The position numbers and the translations under genes were made by a program. Shown one piece after another: positions 49,551 through 60,970 of a stretch of 64,000 bases of DNA; within the stretch, counting starts at the first letter, position 1; each line of letters opens with the position of its first letter. This DNA is from Octopus sinensis (Eukaryota): assembly GCF_006345805.1 (NCBI RefSeq), contig NW_021831988.1:62001-126000 (forward strand). The letters are read 5' to 3'. Below the pieces are notes generated by a model that was not told where the DNA came from, ran no database searches, and was given only the letters and a program-made list of their open reading frames with translations.

Positions 49551-50622
49551 GGAGTATTCGAGAACACTGACACTAACAATTGTGGACACAATTCATTAAA
49601 AGAATTGTGTAAAAAACGATTTTATTTTGTTAAAAGAGATGTTATTCGTCGGGTGTTAAGATATCACGATATATGCCAGTCTGCAGTCGAGTGATCAAAC
49701 AATCCTCAAAGTCAGGGGTAGTTAATCGATTTCAAAATTGACGGTTTCGAATAATAAAAAGTGGATAAAACACATTTGAAAAGCTTTGTTTTCTACAATC
49801 AGAGTCATTCATCCACTTTGCATTTTTATTTCCAGATTTAGTCCATTCAAAAATATTTCTGATTCAACAATGTTGTTGAAGCATATGTTGAAGAAAATTT
49901 AAAAAGTTGTGATATGGAAGAATTGCAAGTTGTAGAAAAAAGATAAAGAGCAAATCTCCTCGTCCCACCTCTACACCAATCTCCTCATATCCTCGGCTGA
50001 CCTTATCAAGACTGTTCACTCCAACGGGATAGAGGGGACTGTTATGGATTATAAAATATTTATTTTTGTATTTATTTTGATTTGTGTTATTTAGATTGTG
50101 TCTCGTCAGAGGATTGAGTTATTGAGTCACGTGGAAAAGAGGAAGGTCAGTGAGGTCATTTTTCGGGTTGTGAGTTGTGGGGGGAGTTCGGTAAAACAGT
50201 CTGAAAAGTTCATTGACTCTCTGCTCAGTCAGCGCACTACTCACTCAGACTGTGTTGAGATCAGTTTTTCACAAATATGCTAAAAAATGGCCTTTTATTG
50301 CCTAAATCTCTCAACAAACTTGATTTATGCTGTGATTCGGCTGTTTGGACTGTGAATTTAACAAAGACGGCACTTTATATGTTTAAATAGTAGTTATGTC
50401 ATCAATTGGATGTTTGTGTTGATCAAAGGATGATGTTACAGTGGACTTGTTATATATTCAGAGTTTCTAAAGTAAAGAGGAGAAGCTAACCCAAATAAAC
50501 TGGAATATTTGTCCAATCACCCGTCAATATTTGCCCGACCCGGATAATTAATGAAAATTAAACAAGGAAATTATTATTAAACCAGGAAAGTGAATCCAAA
50601 TAGTAATTCATTAGTTATTAAT

Positions 50623-52240
50623 TGTCGTATGTCATAGCGTCCGGGCTGTTGATACTGTCCGGGCTGATGAGAATCAAATATCGATTATTTAAAGTTATAA
50701 TCAAATTCTTCATTTTTTGAAAATTTTCATTTGCACTCTCTATTGCTTATGATGTTTGATGATCTAATTCAATTTCTGTACGAGAAAATCCCAAAACTAA
50801 CATTAGTTCTACCCAAAATTCGAATCCAAGCCCTAACCATATTTTGACTTTAAACCTTAACATCAGCCAAACCTAATTTAAAACCTAACACAAACTTTTA
50901 TTCTAATTCTAGCCCTAGCTGTGGATCAAATCTTATTAATAATAAACAAGTGTCCCAAGACTAATTTGACTCACTTTATGATCCCGACCTTAACACCAAT
51001 CCTTTCCCTAACGCAAACCCCAACTGATTATTAAAAATTTTATTAAAGGAAGCTATCAGAAAATTTTTTTTATCCGGGATTTTGCGACCTTTTTTGTTTC
51101 TTCGGTGGAAACGCCCTTAACAAGAACAAAATGCTGATGTTCTTCAATAACGACATATTGCTCTTTTTCAAAAAAAACTTTCCAACTCATGTTTTTTTGT
51201 ATTCACGTTGTTATCAAAATCAGATTTGATAAAAACAGTATCGCCGATTTTTATATGCGTTTTTTGGAAATTTTTATTGGCGTTTTCTTTTACTTTTTTC
51301 GGTAATTTTTTAAATGCTCCGACGTTTGATAATCTGATTTAATAAATAATAAATAAAATAAATTCAATTTCAGTACTTTCAATAGGACAAATTCTTGGAA
51401 TTTCATCCTCCGATGAATACTCAGTTCTTTCGAATGATGATTCGATTTCTTTATTATCAAACAAAGAAACAGTATGAAATCCCGAAGTTCCAAAAAATAA
51501 TCTAAAAATAAAATTTACGAAGCAACCTAAAAGGTGACTTTCCGGTAGCAGGATGAATAGTCGTGTTGTATTTATAGACAGTACTCTTCAAAATATCAAT
51601 CCAATGATTGGATTCGGATTGAAATATTGTTTTTGCTAACCAACGTTTTAGCGTTTGATTATATCGTTCTACCTGCCCTTGTGATTGAAGGGTGTCTTGG
51701 TCTTCCATGAATCGTCTTTATCCCCCAATCACGTAATAAAAATGAAACTTCAGAGTTATAAAACTCTTTTCCATTATCCATGTGTAAGGCTTCAGGTGGC
51801 CTAACTGAGTAAAACAAGTCTTCAAAAGAATTTCTTATATTTTGAGAAGTTTTACTCATTAAGGGAAATGACCATGTAACAATCAATTATATTAAGAATC
51901 CATTTATATTCTCTATTATTAGAATATCTCTGAAGATCTGTACAATCCGCCATAAATCTTTCGAATTTATGTGAAACGGTAATCATTTGAATATCTTCGC
52001 ATGTCTTTAGACTGTTGAAATGGTTGCAAGAATCACAAGTTGATATAAAATGGCGAATAACTTTTTGATTTATACCAATATATTTTTGGGAAATTAAATG
52101 GCACATCTTGGAAGTTCCAGGATGTCCGATAGAATGTTCTTTAGTTAAAATTGAATTAATTTTGGATTCTTGAAAGGAACAGACAACAGTACGAAAGTTT
52201 CCATTAAGTGCAAGAATTACATACGCTATGACATACGACA
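50623..52240 (-). mobile_element. Ginger2/TDD-like integrase DNA transposon
   Basis: Perfect 18-bp TIR tgtcgtatgtcatagcgt and 5-bp TSD ttaat. HHCC zinc finger (HSIGHPG..CDSC) and rve core (LHMDNGKEF, GRPRHP, QGQVERYNQTLKR). Frameshifted. Confidence 0.88.
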
Positions 52241-52349
52241 TTAATTAATTACATGGAATATTGGTAGCATCCATACAATATTTTTTTAGTGTTAATTAAT
52301 GGAAACAAGAAAAAAAGATAAGTTAACTAATTTAGATGAGTCACCGAGC

Positions 52350-52925
52350 GGATGGACAGGCAATTTCCACGTAATATCGCGAACGATATCGGTTGAAAAA
52401 GCCAGCTCGTTTCACGTCTGTCTTGACTCCTCCTCGAGATGATTAAACCAATCTCTGAGAGGAGTTTGAGGACTTTGGGTCCAATTATCCCACTGGTCTC
52501 AAAAGCCAGAGGTATCGGTCAAAGAGCCATATTTTGCAGTTTTCCTAGATTCGGCAAGGCCAGATGCAGATCCAGGACGAGAAGCGGAGTTAACTAACGA
52601 TGATGAGAAAAATGAGTCTACGCAGGTAACACCCCACACGAATGCCATTCCCTCCCTGAACGGGAATAAAGTCAACCTATCAGGGCGTTTTCTGTCCCCA
52701 CAGTCTACCTACCAGTTCTAACATTGAGGGGAATCCAGCGGCGTTAAGCGCACGCTTCACATCATTTAATAAGGCGTGCCTGGGGATCCTGCCGGCACTG
52801 AGGTGACAAGAGAGTGGGTATAACCTCTCCTGTCGATGAGTTTTCCACGTCTGCAATGGTGCGGTTGACAAATCTCCATGCCAAGCCGTAAACAGATTCC
52901 GATGTGGACTGATTCGTTGTTCAAT
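52350..52925 (-). mobile_element. CRE-clade retrotransposon 3' part
   Basis: [54 protein letters not shown] and WLFQPISFAILRGN. Confidence 0.8.
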
Positions 52926-53309
52926 ATTGACGGCAGTTTTTATTTACATTATCGTATTTAAAGTGCAAGTGTGCGTTTTGATCAAATCTTATTACAGAAA
53001 ATTTCTAGAGCATTTCAAACGTGAGACTTTTGTGCATATCAAATTTGGTAAAATCGCCGTAAAACGATGTAATGCCCTTTAGAATCATACTTGCAAGTGT
53101 CGGGAAAGAAAACACAATTTTATAATCACAGTTAGTCACTTCCGAGGATAAGAAAGTACAGTTATCTCCCAAAATGACTGAAAAGACAAATAAAATATAG
53201 GTCAGCATTTGAATGAATTAATTAGGAATATTATATTATATTATATTTGCAACATACGTAGAATCATATTAGTTATATTTTACTCGTGCAGCATTAAAAA
53301 CAATCCTTT

Positions 53310-54000
53310 GAACCAGCCTCCTCCAACCTCCTCTGTCGTGAGCGCGAGTTTCCTCAGCTCGTCAGATCCTCACCACTCCTTAGCCTTTTCTTCACACATT
53401 TCAGGTCTCCGTCAAGTGTTCGGCAGCCCGAACACGTGGGACGTCCACGGAGCTCGATCCCTCTTTCAGGAAGTAGCCCTCCATGCTATGTTAGCTGGGG
53501 CAAGCATGTCCATTCGTAGAATATGGCCAAATAACCTCCACCGCATATTAACGATTTCCACACTCAGAGGGCCAGTTCTGCATCTATGTATAGCGATTCC
53601 TGGTTGATTCTTATAGGCCAGTTCAATCCCAGTAGGGATCTAAGTTGCCTGCGGTGAAAAGAATCGAGTCCACGTTGTTCAGTACTAGACATTCCCCAGG
53701 TCGCCGAATTATATGTCAGGATTGGTTTTGACAAAGGCTTTACATCCTCAGACGAAGTGACGTACAGAGTCGTCGTTTGCCGACCTCTTTCTTTATCTTG
53801 TTCATCGTGGGCCAAGCGAGAGCCTTTCTTCTGACAATCATATGGCCGTCCCCAAGTAGAGAACAAGTTTGTTCGTTTTGCGCCAGGCTTCACTTGAGCT
53901 GCTCTCCATCCTCATGATTTCAACGATGTCGGTTTTTCCAAACGTTCATTTTAAGGAACCATCTGTTCAGCTCAGCAGGTGCCACTTCAAGGAGTCGAAG
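53310..54000 (-). mobile_element. RTE LINE 3' fragment
   Basis: KPILTYNSATWGMSSTEQRGLDSFHRRQLRSLLGLNWP and RWRLFGHILRM. Confidence 0.8.
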
Positions 54001-55237
54001 TAAGGCAAGTAAGGAATTAATTAGGAATAAAAACTTTATTAGAATTGTTAGAAAATTATTGAGAAAATCTATGAAGAACCATCTACCAGAATTAAAAACA
54101 GACGAAACTGAATTAAAAAATCAGTTACGATCTATATAACATTCACTTAATTGTTAGGACTATTCAAGAACGATTGTTTTTGTAGCAAATTTTAAAAAAG
54201 ATGTCAAAATTAGTTAACAATGTTTAGCTCCAATTGTAAATAGAAAATGGCTCTTCTTCGCTTTATAGCTTCATGGTTACCAACTAGTCTTGCCAGGGAA
54301 CTCAATTGGACGGACGGTGCTCAATTATAAAATAAATCTTGAGTTTTCATTATTCCAATCGCGAAGATTCCAATATTGTATAGTTTTTGTCATTTCAGGC
54401 TACGTATTGTTCTGTCTTAAAATATGCTATCAGAAAGAATGCGGTTACAAATCTAAATTTTAATCATATCGCTTATCCAATTTCAAAAATAAAGTTGCGT
54501 TTAATTGTGGATAAAAGTATCAAATCATAGGTGTCCCTAACGGTTTGCCGAGGAAATAATGTAAGTGTTATTTTTATTACAAAAAATAGAGAGTGACCAA
54601 AAAAAGAATTCCCCGTCTCTACAAAATATAAAAGGTCACTGAAAGTTCATATTCTTTCTCCTCTGACGATGAGTCTACACATGCAAACATATAGCTCACG
54701 CAAATTGATTACCCAGAATGGGCTTCAACCTCCAATCGGGCACAGCTCATTTAGAAAGTCCACAAACGAGAAACAAAAATGGCTCAAAACTCCACAGACG
54801 CGCGATCTGCTCTTCCACAGCCCCCAAAGACGTTTCATTGGGGATCCACGTTGATTCATTTGGTTTAATCCACATTCTTTTAAAAGAATAGTACTTTTCA
54901 TTAATTATCACTCTTTTAAATAGTCATTTATTTGAATGTGTCGATCGTCTCATTTCCAACTCTCCTCTTTTGCTACTCCAGGATAAAAATGACTTTATTT
55001 GGTCGTTTTGTGACGACTTTGTTTTCATCCCCAGGAGACAGTCCAAGAGCCTCTCCAATTTAAATAGGAAATGTTGAGTCAGCAACACCACTACATCCCA
55101 GATATAATGTGTTTGTCATTGACATTCTGCAAGTCACCGCCTTGTGTAGTCTATTGATCTTAGTTGGACTGATATGTTATTTATATTCCTTATTTCATTC
55201 ATTTTGAATATTACAATGGGTGACAGATGCTATCAAT

Positions 55238-56001
55238 TCAGAAAGAATTGATTAAACGTTATTTGTCGGAAAATAACAAAAGTAAAAATATAATGGGGTC
55301 ATCAAAAATAAACTAGACTTGTCCCTCAACTTATGAAACTGAACAAAATCCGAATGAATTGCCTTAAGAAGACACTGCTCTCCAGTAATAATCCTATACC
55401 TGAATCCTGCAATCTGCATAAACCACTCCCACCAGGATATCTTTTAATAACACATACTCAAACACCTTTATAACACTCGGAATATTACTACAACTCGCCA
55501 TTTCCACATATTTCCCCACAAACACTCCACTCTTTATCCCAATTCTACCACGGAAATTTTCCACAAGTGACACCACTCGCACAAATTTCTCGACAGGTCC
55601 AACCAAAAGGTCACTTTCACTACAATTCGACGACCTTTCAACGAGACACTCCAACAAATCTAAAAATTAGCCAATTTAATACCAACTGTTCATTATCAGG
55701 CATATTGACCCTTTAAACTTATCGAATTGAGCATGCTGTTTTACTATAATTGCACTCGGTAGACTGCAATGTTCATTAAATAGACAAAACTGGTCACTTC
55801 TTTCCCCAATAAGCATTAATAACAATTCTACCAAAGAAAAAGACAGCAACCACAAAGAGCTAAGTTTGACGACCTTCTTCTAAGGAATATAAAAACATAT
55901 TTTACTGAAGGGATCTCGGTTATTAGTTTACTGTGGACAGTCTTGGGAAGATTACACTCAAAATGAGCAGAAGACCAAATCAACATGAGTAAATAAATCA
56001 T
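55238..56001 (-). CDS. Hypothetical protein (micro-intron gene, no homolog recognised)
   Basis: An open frame is restored by 22-27-nt GT-AG introns and includes the 55394-55657 ORF. Exact exon structure and ends are uncertain. Confidence 0.4.
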
Positions 56002-56275
56002 TCATAGACATACCATGCAATAAATTATATACTTTTCTAACAATTTTTTTCTATCACAACTCATTCGATACAAATCGCTTTGTAAGTTGAGTGCAAAATT
56101 GTTTAAAATAAAAACATATTTTACTGAAGGAATCTCGGTTATTAAATTTAAAATAAATATTGAAATAAAAAAATTTATAAAAATGTTTTTAAAATATTAA
56201 AAAACTAATTTGTTAAATATTTATTTTTAAATTATATTAATTCAAAAAAAATTAAATAGAGAATTTTTTCATATA

Positions 56276-57605
56276 ATGAGGTGTGTGCGTTAACAAAAAA
56301 ATCTAGTTTAAATTAGGCCAAATCCACATAACTATGAAAGACTTGCAAAATTTTTCTTCCACTAATCTCGACACTTTAAAACATGTAAAGTAATTATTAA
56401 CAAGTAAGCTCTCCACTCTCCACCAAGATGAAAGAATAGACATATATATATCAGATTACATCAAAGCCAAACACAATTTGCAGTCCATCGACTCCCAAAT
56501 AACGAGTACCACCACAACAAGTCCCCACGTACTTAATCACCCAGCAGGCTTGCTCAGGGAACTCTCACACGACTTGAGAAACATGAAAGAAATTGATTCT
56601 TTGATGTCCACGTCTGTCGAACTGTCAGAACTGCAAGACGATTTGCTCATTTCGACAATGCGGGCACTTCTGGTGGAAATTGTGACACAACGAGACTCCA
56701 CGTGTCTCCACATCACTGCCCTTTGTCCCGATTTTTCAGAATTGTGTATTTTTCCCGCCAATTTATTTGAAAATGATGACGTCACAAGTCTGAGTACAAT
56801 TTCAGAGGAGGTGTTATTGGATGAGTTTTCCGAGCAGAAGGATGAGCCATGTGAGAGGAAAGGGGAAGAGAAATGGTCAAGGACTGGCCTGAAAGAACAA
56901 ATTGTGAGAATAATCCAACAAATAGCCAAAAGTGAACTCAAATTGGACAAAATTGTACACATTTTTGAGTCAAACTACAATTTGTCTGAGGATTTGAAGA
57001 ATGTGGACGAATTAATAGAAAGTCTAATGCTCATTCCAGTCCCCCAAATGAGGACATGTGTCAATCCCACAACCCTCCTTAAACTCCTCCTCATTCTCTG
57101 TGCAATAAACTGTCGACTCCACGACCTGGACTTGCAGAGTATTGCCCAATCGGTAGCCTAGACATAAACACGGCCACTCTGAGTGATATTGTGGATGTGA
57201 TGCACCACGAACTGTGTCTGTCCAACACTCTTCTCCTCCTCTTCCAATACTGCCTCAGACTGGAAGAAAATAAGCCCTCTGTGTTGCCCACTCTCCCGAC
57301 GACAGTAATCCTGATTTAGACACGTGTTCAAATATACTACAGGAAGTGAGTGAGCTGTACCACAGAGAGCCCTCCCTTTTAGAACAGTCGATGAGTATTC
57401 TTATCATGCAACGACTCTACCACTACATGAGAGAACATGTGTCGGTAATGCCTGTAATCACACTCAGATGACACTCCCCTCCTTCAGACAGACAAATGGG
57501 TGGACTACATGTGCAGTGGTGTCCATTCTGGTTGTTATTCTCTGTTTGTGTTTGTGGAGGTGCAGTTGCTTTAAACTCCAGAGGTTTGGGGATAGGCCTC
57601 AATAA
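56276..57605 (+). CDS. Hypothetical helical protein with C-terminal transmembrane segment
   Basis: Long exon (ORF 56478-57161) joined by 22-24-nt introns. Ends AVVSILVVILCLCLWRC..DRPQ*. Confidence 0.6.
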
Positions 57606-57653
57606 ATATTACACAACGTTGTTTATAGCCCTTATTAGAGAGTTAGGCCACAA

Positions 57654-58599
57654 TTAGCGTTTAGCACGACAAATGACGTCCCCGTTCTTGAATATGTCAT
57701 CGTACAGAAACGACAGGAGTCCCGCACCGATTTCGGGGACTGCATACTTTGTGTTACGGACAAAGTCCTCCTTGGTCATTTTGATGCGTTTGTGGGGGTT
57801 GCCCAACTCGATGGACAGAATTATGAGGGAATAGCAGGCAATGAATATCTTATCTATCCATACAACCAATCCAAATACCCTCAGACAGTCCAAGGGAGAG
57901 ATTACAACTGCAAAAACGACAGGCAAACTTGAAAATGAGGTCATTGAGCCAGCCATTGCAGCCAATGGGGAACTGCAGACCCGAAAAAAAGTCCCTCATG
58001 GCACTGGGGAGAAGCTGGCCGGACAAATCGAGTTGCGTCATAAAACAATCCAATACGTCCGGCCTAAAACGGGCCACTTATAGGCAACCTTCCGACGAGC
58101 AGCCAGAGTTTAGGGAAGCCACGAATGGACGACCTAAGAAGGAAGCGAGCAATGCTCTTAGCGTCATCAGTCAGTAGGTTCCGGGAAAACAGGAAATCGA
58201 GTCCCTGGAATAGTGGAGGGGAGTACAGCGTTGGGACTGGTTTGGAGGAGTTCGACTCCGTGGCACAGGTGGAGAAATATAGTTCGATGGGGGGTGTGTT
58301 TGCTACAATTTCCTTCGCATAAGTGGCCAAAAAAATTGTAGCAAACCCTGGCTTATATGATGACTAGTAAATGATTACTGTTGCCATAATAGGTTGTCCT
58401 GGGGGAATTGTCGCCATATGCGCTCGAGAGATACCAAGTCCGACAGCTGCAGGTAATTGAATATTCCAATCAGGGCATTCACAGGCAGGTTTTCTAACCC
58501 GCATCGAGGCTTCTTTTTCACTCCGAGGGAGCTGTGGTGTTATATTATTGGAATAAACCGCAATCCTGGTCGGGAAATGCCTTTTAGATTAATTCCCAT
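57654..58599 (-). CDS. FBXO8: F-box only protein 8 (F-box + Sec7)
   Basis: F-box LENLPVNALIGIFNYL..DNLLWQ and Sec7 LPSAMRDFF..LIFKFACRFCSCN..CYSLIILSIELGNPH..KMTKEDFVRNT..LYDDI. Confidence 0.88.
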
Positions 58600-58866
58600 A
58601 ACAACAAAGATTAGTGAATTATTTTATTACTAATAATATGTTAAGCTATTTAAAATAATAACAAATATAAAAATTTATTATAAAATTAATATTTTAAAAT
58701 AAAAATTTTTTAACCAATAATAACCATGTTGTTCTTTAATTTTAGATAAACCAACATTAGTTTTTAAATAAATCAAGATTTTATTTTTTAGTCAGTTAAA
58801 CACGAAATATTTAATTTTCCTATGTAATAATTACTAATTAAAAATAAAATTTTAAATAAATAAAGA

Positions 58867-59474
58867 ATGAGAAGTATATCGATGTGGTGCACAAATAGAA
58901 TCCTCATTTTGATGCATACAAGACATCTCTATGTCACCGAGCCTCCTGTCAGAGTATCATTTTGTAATCCCAACAACTCAGATCAAATCAGAAGGGGAGG
59001 AATACGACAAACTGTGTTTTTATGCATCAGGGTACGACTATCCCACTGTGGTCTCATATTTTAAATATATGAACCATTTCTTCACTTCAGTCAACGCCTC
59101 AATATCCAACAAGTAATTGGTAATATTCAAGCTTAGATATGCCGTCCCTTCTGAGAAATATTTAATCAAAAGCTACGAGTGGGGATCTCTGAAGAATAAG
59201 TCTTCTTACAATCTGACAGTTTATAAAAAATGCATTGAGGTTGGTCAAATGTGGAAATGGGCAGGTAAATCACGTGTGTTCGACTAGACTTGGTTTATAT
59301 CTCCAATTTCTGTGTTGCAATTTACCTTCGGGGGTCAAATTGAGTGTGAATTATGTTTTTTTGTGTTGAATTAGTTTTTAGTTTAATGAGGAGGACGATA
59401 AGTATCGATATATTCCGGATACTAAATTGGAACACCTCAAACAACAATTGCATGAAATTGGAAAAAAGAATTGA
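58867..59474 (+). CDS. MRPL48: Mitochondrial ribosomal protein L48
   Basis: GYDYPTVVSYFKYM..KYAVPSE..NLPSGVKLSV..RYIPDTKLEHLKQQL. Introns of 28, 24, 25 and 27 nt. Head-to-head with FBXO8. Confidence 0.75.
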
Positions 59475-59579
59475 TTGTGGACATTTAAAAAATATTTATA
59501 AATTTTATTTAAATTAAATTAGAAAAAAATAGTTTAAATTTGAATTGTTCAAGAAATATATAAAATGCTTTTTCTATAA

Positions 59580-60890
59580 ACTGGGGGAATTTTGACACAT
59601 TTCTAACCATTACTCCCCATACGGAAAACGTGTTGACGAATAAGAACCTAAACTATCTTAAAGCATTTCTTGGAAACTTGGAAGACGCCAAAGGAACTTA
59701 CGGATTAGAGTGTCTATACACCCAATACATTAAACCGACAATTGGTTACGGATGTACAGTATGGGGAAGCAATCTAGCATATACAGTACGACCCCGCCCC
59801 AATAGAAAAGTGCCCTTAAATATAGAGGGTGCCCCTAAGATAGAGGTATATATAATTTTTACATTTTAAAAGCAAATATCTGTATTTTTAATAATAAAAT
59901 ATGTTTTTTCGTATTAAAAAAGAGGAATTTATTTATTCTATGAAAAATAATCAGTTATTTTGAATCCAGTATTATAAAGTTCGATGCAATTTTTTTTGCA
60001 ACAGTTTTCAAGAGAAATTCTGAAACTGAAATCCCATCTCCTCTCAAATTTTTAAAAACTTCAAAGACGAATCGATCAATTCGAATAGAAAGATCTGATT
60101 CAAAGTTCTTAAACGAGTGTTCATCAGAGCACGTTTCTGCTTTTGAAAATCCTTTTCCAATTTCTTTTTAATTTTTGAGACAGTTCCTTTCCCAATATTA
60201 TACAAAATTTAAATCTATTTTAATTATAAATACAAAATAAATATTATTTTAGAAGATCTAAAGGATCTTAAAGTATGAATTTATTCGTTTTTAAATGAAA
60301 AAAAGCAGGAAAGATTAAATAACCAAATTTTTTGTCGAGGGGTGTAAAATCGACAAATTTTTCTTTCAGAAATATCTCCTTTCATTAATGATTCGGAAAT
60401 CTTTTGCTTCAAGTTCCGACTAAGCTTCGCTGGCATGCTTAAAAATATTTAAAAATTAATTAAATAAAGAATAAAAATGAAATAATAAATTTTAATATTA
60501 TCGATTGAAAAAGTGCTTCAATAAGCGGAGTTTCGTATTTCAAATTTAAGCTTCTTATTCGTCAAAAAATATACAAAAACTGAGAAATCATTCAAAATAA
60601 TTTTTATTAAAAAATCGCCCCAAAAACAGAGGGTGCCCCAAGGCCGGGGTTTTATTGGGGCGGGGTCGTACTGTATAAATGTCAAAAAAATCGACAATAT
60701 TCAAATAGAAATTGTAAACCTCCTAGTGAATGTCACGGAAAACATAATTCAACCAAGGGGACTAGAAGAAATCGTGAAAGAAAACGGTGGAGACCTCAGG
60801 AAAAAAGTCCATGTTCGGGATCCCTGACTTCTTAGACCATGCGCTGTAGAACACAAAGAAAAGATACGAAGGTTTTTAAAAGAGGCTGAA
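59580..60890 (+). mobile_element. LINE fragment split by a pogo-like MITE
   Basis: LYTQYIKPTIGYGCTVWGSNLAY reads on in frame as INVKKIDNIQ once the MITE is removed. Related to the LINE at 37620. Confidence 0.7.
59784..60673. mobile_element. Non-autonomous Tc1/pogo-type element
   Basis: 21-bp TIR cagtacgaccccgccccaata/tattggggcggggtcgtactg, TA TSD and subterminal agagggtgcccc repeats. Confidence 0.9.
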
Positions 60891-60970
60891 ATAGTTAATT
60901 ATTGTTATGACGATGTTTTTGGTTCTAATAAATAAAATAAAAACATTTAAACAATAAATATTTTTAAAAA

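Noticed and set aside
49950-50530. Possible gene with a micro-intron (IVSRQRIELLSH..)
   Set aside because: No start codon or consistent multi-exon frame could be built and no homolog was recognised. It may be a pseudogene fragment.
50636-50700. Hammerhead ribozyme at ctgatgag
   Set aside because: No stem II followed by GAAA and no matching stems. It is part of the transposon subterminal repeat.
50800-51025. True telomere or chromosome-fusion site
   Set aside because: The repeats are highly degenerate, single-orientation and lie within transposon TIRs.
53005-53208. Short ORF with signal-peptide-like start (MLTYILFVFSVILG)
   Set aside because: It could not be extended reliably and is flanked by retroelement relics, so support is insufficient.
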